Assembly (NCBI GenBank): GCA_963702205.1
Contig: OY969724.1
Coordinates: 128,001 to 192,000, forward strand
Direction of reading: 5' to 3'
Length of the DNA stretch: 64,000 nucleotides
Source: an uncultured candidate division Zixibacteria bacterium
GTDB lineage: Bacteria > Zixibacteria > MSB-5A5 > GN15 > PGXB01
Position numbers and translations under genes: made by a program. How positions within the stretch are numbered: the first letter of the stretch is position 1; the number at the start of each line of letters is the position of its first letter. The notes under the pieces are model-generated. The model was not told where the DNA came from. It did not search any database and saw nothing but the letters and a program-made list of their open reading frames with translations. Shown piece after piece: positions 50,278 through 60,928 of the stretch.

Positions 50278-52290
50278 TCACTCGGTGACCTCCGCGAGCA
50301 TATCCGCAATTTCCTTCTCGATCTTCTTGAGGTCGGTTTCGATCTCCTCCAACGGTCTAGGTGGCGCATATTTGTAAAAATAGCGATTGAAATTGATCTC
50401 GTAGCCGACCTTCGTCTTTGATTCATCCACCCAGGCATCGGGCACGTGCGGCAGAACCTCGCGCTTCATGTACTCATCCACGTCTTCTTTTAGCGGCACG
50501 TTCTCGTAGTCGCGTAGCTCCGGATCGGGTTCCGGGTTGCTCTTGGCATCCGTGCAGATTTTGGCCGTCTCGTCCCGCTCGGCCAGGACCATGAGGATCG
50601 CCTTGAAAAGGGCGGCAGGGACCTTGATCCCGGCTTTCAAAAAGGCGGACGTTAAACGCTTTGAGAACTCATCGCGGTCCTTGACAATGCCGAGCGAGGC
50701 GAGCGACTCAAGAGCGGCCAGGATCTCCTCTTGAAGCTTTCGGCCCGCTTCGATCTCTGCCTTGGCGGCCTTTGTGTCCTTGCGCTTCTTGCTGGTGGCC
50801 AGGTTTGAGAAGGCTTTGGTCTCGGCAAGCCGCGCGATGCGCTCTTTGTCCACGGCGAAGTTGAGTCGAAGCGGACGCTCGACCGTAATGCGGCGGTAGC
50901 CGAAGTCTTCATTGTCGAAAACGCGGATATGTTCGCATACCTTGAGCGTGCCGTAGCGTCGCGTGATGTCGTCCCTTTGGTCGTCGCATACTTCGTGGCG
51001 CTTGTTGCCAAGTGACTTGCGCATCTTTTTGAAGAAGCCGGTGCCGTCCACCAGTTGAATCCTGCCCCTGCGGCTTGGCTCCTTCCGGTTGGTAACGATC
51101 CAAAGATATGTGTAGATGCCGGTGTTATAGAAGAGCTGATCCGGCAGGGCGACAATGGCCTCCAGCCAATCATTCTCGATTATCCAACGGCGAATCTCGC
51201 TCTCGCCCGATCCGGCTGACCCGGTGAACAGCGGAGATCCGTTGAAGACGATTGCTAAGCGCGTACCGCCTTCCTTGGGGTCCTTCATCTTGCTGATCAT
51301 GTGCTGTAGAAAAAGAAGAGATCCGTCGTTGATGCGCGGCAAGCCAGCCCCGAACCGACCGCCGAAGCCCTGCTCTTCGTTCTCTCGTTTGATAAAATCG
51401 GCCTCGGGCTTCCATTCCACGCCAAAGGGCGGATTGGCCAGCATATAATCGAACTTGTGGCGAGGGAAACGGTCGTCGGTAAAGCTGTCGCCATAGGCTA
51501 TATGCTCGATGTCCTGTCCCTTAATCATCATGTCCGACCCGCATATGGCATAGGCCTGGGCGTTGTAGTCCTGGCCGAAAACCTCCAAGCGGGCGTCGGG
51601 ATTCAGTTCCCGTACATAATCCTCCGCAACGGACAGCATGCCTCCGGTCCCACAGGCCGGGTCATAGAGCGTCTTGACGATGCCCTTAGTCGTGAGTACA
51701 TCGCTGTCGGGCATGAAAATCAGATTGACCATCAGACGGATTACCTCGCGGGGTGTGAAGTGATCGCCCGCTTCTTCGTTCGACGCTTCGTTGAACCGCC
51801 TGATAAGTTCCTCGAAGATGTAGCCCATCTCAAGGTTCGAGACATCTTGCGGATGCAGGTCAATATCGCAGAATCGGGATACCAGCAGGTAGAGCCGATC
51901 CGCCTTGTCGAGTTTCCCGATGTGTTCTTCGAAGCCGAAGTTCTCGATGATCTCCCGGGCTCGGGTTGAAAAGCCCTTGATGTAGTTGGTGAGGTTGGCG
52001 GCGATGTTGTTGGGGTCGCCTTTGAGTTTCTCGAATGAATAGCGGCTTGTGTTGTAAAAGGGCACCCCCGTAGCGCGGCACAGGATGGGGTCCACGTTTT
52101 TGACTTTCCCTCCAAAAAGCGTTTTCTGTTTTGCGAGCACCTTGTCTTTGGTCGGCTCCAGAACGCAGTCGAGCCGACGCAGCACCGTCATGGGGAGCAT
52201 GACGTCCTTATATTGATTCGGGCGATAGGGACCCCGCAGCAGGTCTGCCACTGACCAGATGAAATTCACTTTTCCACTGAAGTTATTCAT
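50278..52290 (-). CDS. hsdM: Type I RM N6-adenine methyltransferase
   Basis: FIWSVADLLRG, GDHFTPREV, YDPACGTGGML, NPPF and GYEINFNRYFY. Confidence 0.96.
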   Translation of the reverse strand: MNNFSGKVNFIWSVADLLRGPYRPNQYKDVMLPMTVLRRLDCVLEPTKDKVLAKQKTLFGGKVKNVDPILCRATGVPFYNTSRYSFEKLKGDPNNIAANLTNYIKGFSTRAREIIENFGFEEHIGKLDKADRLYLLVSRFCDIDLHPQDVSNLEMGYIFEELIRRFNEASNEEAGDHFTPREVIRLMVNLIFMPDSDVLTTKGIVKTLYDPACGTGGMLSVAEDYVRELNPDARLEVFGQDYNAQAYAICGSDMMIKGQDIEHIAYGDSFTDDRFPRHKFDYMLANPPFGVEWKPEADFIKRENEEQGFGGRFGAGLPRINDGSLLFLQHMISKMKDPKEGGTRLAIVFNGSPLFTGSAGSGESEIRRWIIENDWLEAIVALPDQLFYNTGIYTYLWIVTNRKEPSRRGRIQLVDGTGFFKKMRKSLGNKRHEVCDDQRDDITRRYGTLKVCEHIRVFDNEDFGYRRITVERPLRLNFAVDKERIARLAETKAFSNLATSKKRKDTKAAKAEIEAGRKLQEEILAALESLASLGIVKDRDEFSKRLTSAFLKAGIKVPAALFKAILMVLAERDETAKICTDAKSNPEPDPELRDYENVPLKEDVDEYMKREVLPHVPDAWVDESKTKVGYEINFNRYFYKYAPPRPLEEIETDLKKIEKEIADMLAEVTE

Positions 52291-52299
52291 ATTCGCTCC

Positions 52300-52551
52300 C
52301 TAGTCCTGGCTAAGTCCCGCTGAGTCGATAAGGTCGTCCGGAAGTGTCAACTTGCCCTGCTTGATCATTTTTTTGCAGAAAGCACTCAACTGAGCCTTGG
52401 CAAGCTTCGACGGCATGGATTGTCCGTTTTCCCAACGATTTACAGTTGCGTAGCTGACGTTCAACCGCCTCGCCAAGTCCTCCTGGCTCAAGGCGAGCTG
52501 CTGCCGGATTTCCTTTACCAAGATCGACAAACTTGGATTTTCATTATCCAT
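52300..52551 (-). CDS. XRE-family HTH regulator heading the RM operon
   Basis: IRQQLALSQEDLARRLNVSYATVNRWENG. Confidence 0.9.
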   Translation of the reverse strand: MDNENPSLSILVKEIRQQLALSQEDLARRLNVSYATVNRWENGQSMPSKLAKAQLSAFCKKMIKQGKLTLPDDLIDSAGLSQD

Positions 52552-52675
52552 TCGGTGAACCTCTCGTCGTCAGGGCGGCAGACCTCTGGCTTCTGCTCGA
52601 ATTTAATAGCGTATGTTATATCATTCGCGGGACAAAAAGCAAGGGAAATCGCTCCTGCGAACATCCTGGAGAGAG

Positions 52676-53254
52676 TCAGGAAGGCCATCTGCCTGAAGGC
52701 AGGAATCTCCAGTCATTCCAACCTGTTATTCCAGAATACAGCCAGACCGCCAACGAACCGCCGTGCGCAATACATACCGGAAGGAGGACGCGTCTGTAGA
52801 GGCTGGGACCGCCAGGGTGGAACCCCTCCAGCCGGTCAATGGCCGGAAGGCGGGTTTCGGGGTCGTCGAAGGTGAGAAGCTCCCCGTACACGGGGCCCCA
52901 GGGCGCGCCTGTGGCGCTTTTCGGGAGCCGGTCGGGGGTTGGCTCGGGATTGGGCATGCGGGCCGCGACGTGCGCCTGTGTGGCCACGTCGGCGAGCGGA
53001 TCGGTGCTACCGACGGCGAGGATGTCCTCCTCCGGGACCATCAGGACGGGGATTCCGGAGGGTGTCTCGAAGAGGCGGCCGCGGACCACGGCGTCCTCCA
53101 CGGCCAGAACGCCCCGGCAGAAGCGGTCGTGGTTCCAGAAACCACGCTTCAGGGTGCCGTAGACGAAGAGTCTCAGCATTCCGCTTGTGTTCGCATTCGA
53201 GGGTTCTGTTGGGTTCATTGCCTGGTTCATCGGGTTCATCGGGGTGTCTGTCAT
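52676..53254 (-). CDS. Gamma-glutamylcyclotransferase (AIG2-like)
   Basis: LFVYGTLKRG, VYGEL, DRLEG and YRR; ATGA coupling to the GATase. Confidence 0.88.
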   Translation of the reverse strand: MTDTPMNPMNQAMNPTEPSNANTSGMLRLFVYGTLKRGFWNHDRFCRGVLAVEDAVVRGRLFETPSGIPVLMVPEEDILAVGSTDPLADVATQAHVAARMPNPEPTPDRLPKSATGAPWGPVYGELLTFDDPETRLPAIDRLEGFHPGGPSLYRRVLLPVCIAHGGSLAVWLYSGITGWNDWRFLPSGRWPS

Positions 53255-54033
53255 GGTTCCGCCCGCTTTCTCTCCTGGGCGACGAACTCGAACGGCTCCA
53301 CCGAGTACCCGGCCAGGTCCTCGCGCCGGAACACCACGAGGCTCATGGGCGGGACCGGAAGTTCCCTCCAGCCCTTTTCCTCCGCCAGCACGGCGTCGAG
53401 GTATGCGGGGTCCGATGCGTAGAGGACCGCCTTGCGGCGGGGATTCCAGCGCAGTTCCAGCGGCCTGTTCCCCTTGAGCACGAAAATGGTGCCCGGATCG
53501 GTCCGGCAGGCGATAACGGCGGTGATCTGCCCACGGCAGCGCCGGAGCCGGGCTTTGAACCGCTCGATATCCATGGCCCCGTCCCGTGCGGCGTTCGCGG
53601 CCAGGCGGAACAGAATCTCGCTGTCCACCTCGGCGAAGCGCCGCATCTTCCAGCGGCGGAACAGGTAATCGGCGTTGTAGATGGTGCCGTTGTGGGTGCC
53701 GATCACCTCCCCGGCGCGGATCGGGTGGTTGTTGCTGTTGACCCGCTCGTCCCCGCGGGTGCGCCAACGGGTGTGACCGAGCAGGAGCGTGGCGCGGTTG
53801 TCCATGGAGGCAAGGAGTTCGGCGAAGGCTTTGTCCATCACGAACCGCTCGGCCGTCACCGGACGTTTGAAGAGACGGTGGCATCCGTCGATATCGAGCC
53901 ATGCCGCGCCGGTGGCATGGGGACCACGCTCCTCGCTCAGCAGCAGCAGGCGGGTGAAGAGCCAGGCGAGGTGCTCCCGCTCCTCGGCGCGCCGCCGCTT
54001 TTTTCCGAAGATGACGCCCGCGAGCCCGCACAT
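53251..54033 (-). CDS. Class II (Ntn) glutamine amidotransferase domain protein
   Basis: MCGLAG, RGPHATG, GHTRWRT, NNHP, HNG and VDSE. Confidence 0.9.
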   Translation of the reverse strand: MCGLAGVIFGKKRRRAEEREHLAWLFTRLLLLSEERGPHATGAAWLDIDGCHRLFKRPVTAERFVMDKAFAELLASMDNRATLLLGHTRWRTRGDERVNSNNHPIRAGEVIGTHNGTIYNADYLFRRWKMRRFAEVDSEILFRLAANAARDGAMDIERFKARLRRCRGQITAVIACRTDPGTIFVLKGNRPLELRWNPRRKAVLYASDPAYLDAVLAEEKGWRELPVPPMSLVVFRREDLAGYSVEPFEFVAQERKRAEP

Positions 54034-54533
54034 CAGGGTTTCCCTCCCTGCGGGTCGACGATGAAACCGCGGAAGACGCCCTCGGCATATTCCTTCGGGT
54101 GCTCCTCGATCCAGCGCGCGGCATCGGGATATCCGAGCTCTCCGGCCAGCCGGGCGACGACCGGCCGGTCGAGCATGTTGGTCAGCCCCGAGAGCCGGAC
54201 CGCGTCGATGCCCTGCCAGACCAGGGCGGAGATCGGTATCCGGGCGGGTTTGTCGTCCTGCACCTCGGCAAGACCGTGTTTGATCAGCGCATCGAGGAAA
54301 GATGCGGCCTTTTCCTCGGGCGTGTCGCCCCGGACCGCCAGCTCGACACCGGACAGCATCTTGGCGTTGCGCAGGACCATGTCGATGTAGTCCTCGAGGT
54401 CCCGCTGGTCGGAAAAGAGCGTGGCCCCTTTCATGGCGTGGACCACGTCGGTCACCGTCTCCCCGGTGAAGACCTCGCCGTCTTCTTCCAGCGGTTGCCC
54501 ATTGAGGGCGGTGTTTCGGATCAGCACTCTCAT
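54033..54533 (-). CDS. Phage protein with C-terminal DUF5049-like domain
   Basis: [12 protein letters not shown]...V...A...G...EY motif. Confidence 0.7.
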   Translation of the reverse strand: MRVLIRNTALNGQPLEEDGEVFTGETVTDVVHAMKGATLFSDQRDLEDYIDMVLRNAKMLSGVELAVRGDTPEEKAASFLDALIKHGLAEVQDDKPARIPISALVWQGIDAVRLSGLTNMLDRPVVARLAGELGYPDAARWIEEHPKEYAEGVFRGFIVDPQGGKP

Positions 54534-55525
54534 GACGCACCTCCTTGCGTCCCGCCGGTTTCGCCCCCCGAAAACGCCGGAGGCCGGGTTTCGGGCCCGG
54601 CCTCCGTGAGGGGTTCCGCCTTGGGGGCGGTTTGTTCGTCTGGTTTTACTCTGCCGCGTTTGAAGGCCGAGTCCCCCGGTAAGGCGGCGATCAGATGCTT
54701 GCGCGCGGTCTTGAACTCGTCCCCGATCAGCCCCAGGTGGAGCAGGAAGACCCGGAAGTCGTACCGGGCGCTCTGAGGATCGAAGGACCGCTTGCGGCTC
54801 GAGGCGGCCCGGCCGTTGAGCGCCTTGGCCGCCACGGCCAGGACCAGTTGGATGTAGGCTTTCACCTTGCCCGCGTGGAGCGTCCCCTCGAACCAGCGGA
54901 ACTCGACCGTGCCGCGGTACCAGACGTTGTGCAGATTCACCCCGTGGTAGCGGGTGCTGTCGTAGTGCTGGGGCTGTCGGTTGTGGTAGCCGTACCAGAT
55001 GTGGTTGAGCTGGTCCCTGGTCCTGGGACGACGGCGTTCGATCTGGGCGATGAGGTCGTCGCTCACCGGCTTGCTGTAGCTCCGGCGGCGGGTCTCGTTC
55101 ACGCCCAGGGCGGTGAGGATGAGAGCTTCCTGTTTGTAGACGATCTTGGCGAGGTTCGCGAGGGTCCGGCCGTCAAAGGCTGTGGCGTCGACGTGGACGT
55201 GGATGCCGCAACGGTCGTCCACCTTGGCCCCGCAGGCCCGCAGCGCCCGGACGACTTCCTGGAGGATGGGGATGTCCTCGTAAGACAGGACGGGGCTCAC
55301 CACCTCGGCCCGCAGGTGGACCGGCACATTGATGAGCGAGCCGTCGGATACCACCTTCCAGACCCGGCCGCGGTTGTCGGTGACCTCCCAAGGGTCGAAG
55401 CTCCCCGGACTGCCGATGTGGCGGATCTGGCCGCCCACCACCGAGTGGATCGCCTGGGCGACCCGCTCGCGCGTCCGTTTGACCGTCTCGATCTCGATTC
55501 CGAAATTGATCAGGCGTAAGTCCAT
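54530..55525 (-). CDS. Phage-type amidoligase (COOH-NH2 ligase, Amidoligase_2)
   Basis: [43 protein letters not shown] and [12 protein letters not shown]. Confidence 0.92.
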   Translation of the reverse strand: MDLRLINFGIEIETVKRTRERVAQAIHSVVGGQIRHIGSPGSFDPWEVTDNRGRVWKVVSDGSLINVPVHLRAEVVSPVLSYEDIPILQEVVRALRACGAKVDDRCGIHVHVDATAFDGRTLANLAKIVYKQEALILTALGVNETRRRSYSKPVSDDLIAQIERRRPRTRDQLNHIWYGYHNRQPQHYDSTRYHGVNLHNVWYRGTVEFRWFEGTLHAGKVKAYIQLVLAVAAKALNGRAASSRKRSFDPQSARYDFRVFLLHLGLIGDEFKTARKHLIAALPGDSAFKRGRVKPDEQTAPKAEPLTEAGPETRPPAFSGGETGGTQGGAS

Positions 55526-55738
55526 GGTCTCTCCTTGCGTTCTGTAAGCCCTTTCCCGGCAAGGGATTGGCCCTTGTGTTCACACACATACAGGCTTCTT
55601 TCCGAACAGAAAGCAAGGCGATTTCGACGTATAACTCCTTTGATTCCAATGTGTTATGTACATGGAGCGATAACCCGCGGGAACACGCGGGGTTGCGGGG
55701 TTCCCTGGCGTCCAAAGAAGAATGAGGTGTTCCGGGGA

Positions 55739-57053
55739 TCAGGTCTGCTTCCAGATCGTCCCGGTGTGTTTCTCCCACTTTCCGCCGCCCGCGAGGTCGG
55801 TGTTGAACCATTCGTCGCCCATGGATGGAGCAGGGATGGCGGCGTCGCGCTCGGCCTGTGTGCCGATGCCACGGCGGACAGCTTCCCGCGAGGTGAGCCC
55901 CTGGCTGAGCCGGTCCGGCCCGAGCAGGTCACGCCATCCGAGGGCCGATGCCCGCAGACGGGAAACGAAGGTCCGGTAGGCGGTGGCGTCCTTGGCCGCC
56001 CGGTAAAGGAGCAGTGAGTCGTCGGCGTCCCGGACCAGGCTCGGCGTGTAGCAGCGTTCGAGAAACGGACCGCTGCCGTTTTTGAACACTGGGTTGATCT
56101 CGGCCTTGCGCCAGTGGACGCGATCCCAGGACCATGCGTAGCCGATTCCGGCGTTGCCCGCGGAACCGCCCGGAGTAGAGCATCCACCATCGCCCATCGC
56201 CGAGCCGCTCGACGTGAGCGGCGGACACATAGCCGTTCGCGCCTTCCCAAGGCTGCGGTTCGATCAGGCCGGAAAGGACAGGGCCATTCCCGAACAGCTT
56301 CCATTCGACCGCATCGTCGGAGTAGGCCAGACCGAGGCTGTCGTTGCCGCCGGTCGAAGCGATGAAATACATGGCGTAGCGCCAGGTGAAAGGTCTCCCT
56401 TCGACCGAGGTGGGCAGCGGGTTGTACCAGAGGAAGGACGGCCCGTAATGGCCCCGGTTCCAGACCTGGACGCTTCCCTCGGTGACCAGGTCGCCGGAAC
56501 ACGGGGTATCGCCCGTGAACGCGGCGGGATCGACCGACGGATCGCAAACCGCGGTTCGCAGCCCGGCCATGGCGTAGGGTTGATTCGGAACATCCGGGTT
56601 CCAGTAGAGAATGCGCAACCGGCCAGCGGTCTCCAGCGCACAAACCACGTGATAGCCGTTGGCCACGATCCCGACGACCTTCTTTTCCGTGTCCCAGGCG
56701 AAGCCGTCGTCGGAGAAGGCGCAAGTCATACCCGCGCCGTCGCCGTAATAGGCGATGAAGTTTCGGGCGCGGGTTCCATCATGGAAACCATCCACTGCCC
56801 GAAGGACCCTGACATAGTAAGCGCGCCCGGCCGTAAGGGGCAGGACGTGCGGGTAGCGGTGGTCGAAGACGACCGGCGGAAGCCCCTCGGGCGGTTCCGC
56901 TCCGGAGGGGACCAGCAGCAGGCCGAGGTCCACGGCGCGGAGCAGGTCCGGGGTCATCGCTGGAACGACCGCGCTCTTACCCGGTCCGAGGGTTCCGGTG
57001 AACCCCGGTAGTTCCAGAATCGTATCGGTGTTGCTCTTGATGTTGATGCTCAT
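55739..57053 (-). CDS. Glycoside-hydrolase-like beta-propeller protein (one +1 frameshift near 56170)
   Basis: Repeats CAFSDDGFAW, LGLAYSDDAVEWK..GNGPV and IGYAWSWDRVHWRK..NPV resemble GH32/43/130-type blades. Confidence 0.55.
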
Positions 57054-57355
57054 AGTTGGTTCCTCCCGGCCTGCGCCGCAAGCGCAGCGGCGGACAGGTC
57101 TTCATGTAGGTATCCGGCGTCCATCAGTTCCCGGTTGATCCGCCCGGCTTCGATCTCCTCCCGCCTGATGCGGGCCATGAGTCCCGCGAACGCCTCGGCG
57201 GCGTCCGTGGAGATGCCGTGTCGCTCCTCGATGCGCCGCATGCGGGCGTCGAGGTTGGCGAGCAGTTGGAGGGCGTGATCCCGCAGGACGCCTTCGCGCT
57301 TTTCCTGTGGTGATGGAATGAACTCGGTCAATCCGCCTTGTCTGCGAACGATCAT
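57050..57355 (-). CDS. Hypothetical phage protein
   Basis: GGAGGG RBS; tightly packed in the operon. Confidence 0.7.
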   Translation of the reverse strand: MIVRRQGGLTEFIPSPQEKREGVLRDHALQLLANLDARMRRIEERHGISTDAAEAFAGLMARIRREEIEAGRINRELMDAGYLHEDLSAAALAAQAGRNQL

Positions 57356-57368
57356 GGCATCCCTCCGA

Positions 57369-60300
57369 TCAGCTCAACGTCGCGCCGAGGGTGTGAATCC
57401 TCGGGTACACCAGGTTGTTGCCGGTCATCTCCGCCTTGTAGCGGACCTTGTTTCCGTTCGGATCGGTGAAGGTTCTGGTGAGCGTGTACTCAGTCCACTC
57501 CTGATCGATCTCCCGCGTCGTCTGGATCGACATCGGTTCCCAGGTCGCTCCACCGTTGTTGGAGGCGAACCAATTGATGGTGGTCCCGCTGGGGATGTTC
57601 ATCTGGGTGTAGAGCTTGGTGGAGGAAACGCCCTGGGTGAGCTCGTTCTCGCGGTTCAGGTATGCACCCGTCGTGTTGTTGAGATACCCGATGAGGTTCA
57701 CGTCCTTGAAAATCAACGCCGGAGAGTTGTTGACGGCGTTGCTGGAGAACAGGGCCCGGACGAGTACCTGACTCGCCAGGTTGGGCAGTCGCTCCTCCTC
57801 CGCGGGGACGATGGCGTCCCAGATGACACCGCCGTCGGTGGAATATTCCCAAGCGATGCCGGTGCCTTCAGGGGCAGAGGAATATTCGTCCAGGTTCAAA
57901 TCGCTGAACTGCACCCCGGTGATGGGCTGGAAGCGCACCTCACCATCGGACTGGAAGTCGTAGCCGTAGATTCTCATGGTGAGATCGGAGCTGTTGAGCG
58001 GTGTCCAGGTCTCGGCGTTGGAGCTTTCCAGCAGCACGCCGGCGACATAGGTCTGCCGGGTGATCACGCCGTTCTGACCCAGTTGACCCAGGGTGGCGAT
58101 GCGCACGCGGTAGTTGGTGCTGTTGGTAAGCAGCACCACCGCATAGCTGGTTCCGGCTTGGGCGTAGAGGGGATTGGCGAAGACGACCTTGGTCTCTGCG
58201 TTCAGGCTGATGTCGCCCGGGGCCAGAACCTTTTCCGCGAAAATCACGCCGTTGGGCAGACCCGTGGTGACGCCGCGAATCTGGACCGTGACGGGGATGG
58301 ACGGGTCCTTGGCGGTGACGTACAGCCCCACGCTGGAGACCACCTTGTCTTGGGTGAAGCTGAAGGTCTGGGCCAGAGGATCGCTGCGCACGGTGACAAT
58401 CTGAGTGCGCCAGACCACCTGCACCACGGGCACGCGGATGATGCGCTCCTCGACGATGCGCTCGATGCGGGTGATGACCATCGGGTCGTTGATCTGCAGG
58501 CTGGCTCGGGCTGAGTAGAGTCCGTCATTCATTTCCACGATGCGGTTGCCGTTGCGAGTGTTCTCCGGGATGACGAAGGATGCGCTCACGCGTCCCGCCG
58601 TATCCGCATGGACGCCCGATGCCACCACCTGGCCGTCGCAGCGGATGGTCACGTTGTTCGCGTTGGATTGAAAGTTGGACCCGACCACAGCGATCCCGGT
58701 CTGGCCGCGCCTGCCGATGTTCGGGGTGATCTCCACCGATGCGTCCGGTTTCTCGAACACGGCATAGGGATTGATGTTCTTGACCTCGGACCAGTCGGTC
58801 TGTTCGATGAGCACACGTTCCGTGGCCGGGAGAAGCGCGAGGCTGCCCTTGAACAATGCGTTGCTCGCGGAGGGATTCACCTCGAGCACGGCGGCCGAGG
58901 CGGCCCTGGCCGGTGCGGCGAAGCGGCGGACACGGTCGATGCGGGCGCTCCACTGGCTGTGGTAGATGTCGGACTGGGCATCGTTCGAGAAGTCGTCCGA
59001 ATAGACGCCCTTCTTGGTCTGGGCGTCCCGGTTCTGCAGCTCGTTATTCATTTGGAACTGGGCGTCGTTGTACTTGAGGTCCTCGACGTCCTTGATGATC
59101 TCGTGGATCTGGTCCATGGTGATGCGGGTCAGCCCGAAATTGAAGACCGTCAATTCCACCGAGTTCGGCGGACAATCGACGCTGCAAAGTCCGAGCGTAC
59201 CTTCCGGGACGATGGGCAGCTTCGGCCAGTCCGCCGGAGCGCCTTCCAGCCGTTTGATCTCGCGGGTGGTGGCATAGATGATGTCCTTGCGTCCGATGTA
59301 GTAGTCGTAGTCGATGCTGCAGTTGGAGCCGGCCACCGGCTCGTCGCCGATGTTGGTGCGGCCGAAGTTGATAATGGAAAGGTTGCCGGGTTCGACCTGC
59401 ACCGGGGACATGGTCAGGCCGCTCGTGTTGGAAGCTGGAGGGTTGCCGCCCACGATCTGGTCCACGCCGTCGTCGGTGTAGGATGTAACCCCGGCGGCCA
59501 CGTCCTTGAGCCGCTGGAAGTCCGCGCGGACCGTATTCTGCGTGCCGCGATAGATGCGGTACCCGGTCGCTCCACTGACCGGCAGCCAGGAGAGGCGGTT
59601 GATTTCCCCGGTCAGCGTATCGCGCGAAACGACTTTGGCGGAATCGTACTGAGTCTCGCCGGTGGCGCTCTGAACGGTGATCAGGTAGAAGAACTCGTCC
59701 GCCGCCGGATGGCCTGAGCGTCCGAACCAGCCTCCGTCCACATAGTCCGTCCCCTCGATCATCTGCTTGGTGTAGGTCCAGCGGACGGTGTAGGTGGTGC
59801 CGATGGCGGGTTCGTTGCCCGACCCCAGCCAGTCCACATAGTTGCCGGATTGCTGCCAGTCCGCGCCTTCCTGGAAGACCGTCGCTCCCTGGCTCACCTC
59901 GATGATATCCACCACCGGGTTGGGGACGAGCAGGTCCTCGCCGCCGCCCACCGACCCGCGGGTGATGTTGGAGACGATCTCGACGATGCCCTCGACCTGT
60001 GTGGTTTCCTTTAGGGGCGTGTTGTTGAGCGCATAGCGCCGGGTGCCGACCACGTAGGTCTTCTGTTCGCCGCGGACCGACTTGACGGCCGTGGACTTGG
60101 GCACCAGGGTCGTGGTGGGCATGTCTTTCTGCAGGCGGAAGCCTTGGATGTAAGCGCGGCCCGCGTTGGTGATCACCTCGACGTTCTCGCCGTCGTTGTC
60201 GCCGATGAAGCTGTCGAGTCCCTTGACCAGATAACTGCCGGCCTGGTCGTAAGTCCGCTCTGCCAGGTTCTGGAGAAGCGAGTTCAGCCCCTCGGCTGCA

Positions 60301-60917
60301 GCGAAGGCGAGCTGGTCCTCGGTGATCGACGCCACGGTGATGCGGCTTCCCGGCAGCGTCCCGAGCAGGTCCTGGAGGTAGAGATTCGACTTCTCGCGGA
60401 CGGTCGCCGTCACATCGCCGGTCTCGCGGTCGAACTTGTGGACCGCGACCACCTTGCGCTGGGTCACATTGTTGGGCAAGGCCTCTCCGCTCGTGTCATG
60501 ATTCTTGAGCGACAGAATCCACTTCTCCCGCTCCGCGGTGGGTTCGCCCGTTGCGGGGTTGATGAGCACGGCGTCCTGGTTGTAGCCGTAGTTGTACTTG
60601 AGCAGCTCGACGTAGACGTAATCCGCACCGCTCGTCTTGGCCGGGTCGTAGGTAAGCACCGCGCCGGGCACGCGCTCCAGGCAGCCGTCGATGTAGACCA
60701 GCCCCTCGGCTACGGTGAGCACGTTTGCCGCGACCGTCACGCCGAAGCCGCTGACGATGGCCCCCTCCTTGAAGAGGATGTCCGCGAGCTTCCTGCGCTC
60801 CTGGTTGATAATGTCCTGCTGCTCGTTGAGCTCCGAGTCGAGCAGATCCCGGTCCTGGTGGTAACGGACCCGCTTGTAGTTTTTTGTCGGGTCGAACGTA
60901 TCGCGCGAAATGGACAT
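57369..60917 (-). CDS. Large phage structural/tail-associated protein (DUF4815-like)
   Basis: FDPTKNY...L..SELNEQQ, LAERTYDQAGSY, GRAYIQG, DPLAQTF and GVLLESSNAETWT. Confidence 0.8.
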   Translation of the reverse strand: MSISRDTFDPTKNYKRVRYHQDRDLLDSELNEQQDIINQERRKLADILFKEGAIVSGFGVTVAANVLTVAEGLVYIDGCLERVPGAVLTYDPAKTSGADYVYVELLKYNYGYNQDAVLINPATGEPTAEREKWILSLKNHDTSGEALPNNVTQRKVVAVHKFDRETGDVTATVREKSNLYLQDLLGTLPGSRITVASITEDQLAFAAAEGLNSLLQNLAERTYDQAGSYLVKGLDSFIGDNDGENVEVITNAGRAYIQGFRLQKDMPTTTLVPKSTAVKSVRGEQKTYVVGTRRYALNNTPLKETTQVEGIVEIVSNITRGSVGGGEDLLVPNPVVDIIEVSQGATVFQEGADWQQSGNYVDWLGSGNEPAIGTTYTVRWTYTKQMIEGTDYVDGGWFGRSGHPAADEFFYLITVQSATGETQYDSAKVVSRDTLTGEINRLSWLPVSGATGYRIYRGTQNTVRADFQRLKDVAAGVTSYTDDGVDQIVGGNPPASNTSGLTMSPVQVEPGNLSIINFGRTNIGDEPVAGSNCSIDYDYYIGRKDIIYATTREIKRLEGAPADWPKLPIVPEGTLGLCSVDCPPNSVELTVFNFGLTRITMDQIHEIIKDVEDLKYNDAQFQMNNELQNRDAQTKKGVYSDDFSNDAQSDIYHSQWSARIDRVRRFAAPARAASAAVLEVNPSASNALFKGSLALLPATERVLIEQTDWSEVKNINPYAVFEKPDASVEITPNIGRRGQTGIAVVGSNFQSNANNVTIRCDGQVVASGVHADTAGRVSASFVIPENTRNGNRIVEMNDGLYSARASLQINDPMVITRIERIVEERIIRVPVVQVVWRTQIVTVRSDPLAQTFSFTQDKVVSSVGLYVTAKDPSIPVTVQIRGVTTGLPNGVIFAEKVLAPGDISLNAETKVVFANPLYAQAGTSYAVVLLTNSTNYRVRIATLGQLGQNGVITRQTYVAGVLLESSNAETWTPLNSSDLTMRIYGYDFQSDGEVRFQPITGVQFSDLNLDEYSSAPEGTGIAWEYSTDGGVIWDAIVPAEEERLPNLASQVLVRALFSSNAVNNSPALIFKDVNLIGYLNNTTGAYLNRENELTQGVSSTKLYTQMNIPSGTTINWFASNNGGATWEPMSIQTTREIDQEWTEYTLTRTFTDPNGNKVRYKAEMTGNNLVYPRIHTLGATLS

Positions 60918-60928
60918 GGTCTTTCCTC

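Noticed and set aside
53210..53245. ATGAACCC-like triple repeat at the GGCT 5' end
   Set aside because: Short in-frame low-complexity linker (MNPMNQAMNP) with no further structure.
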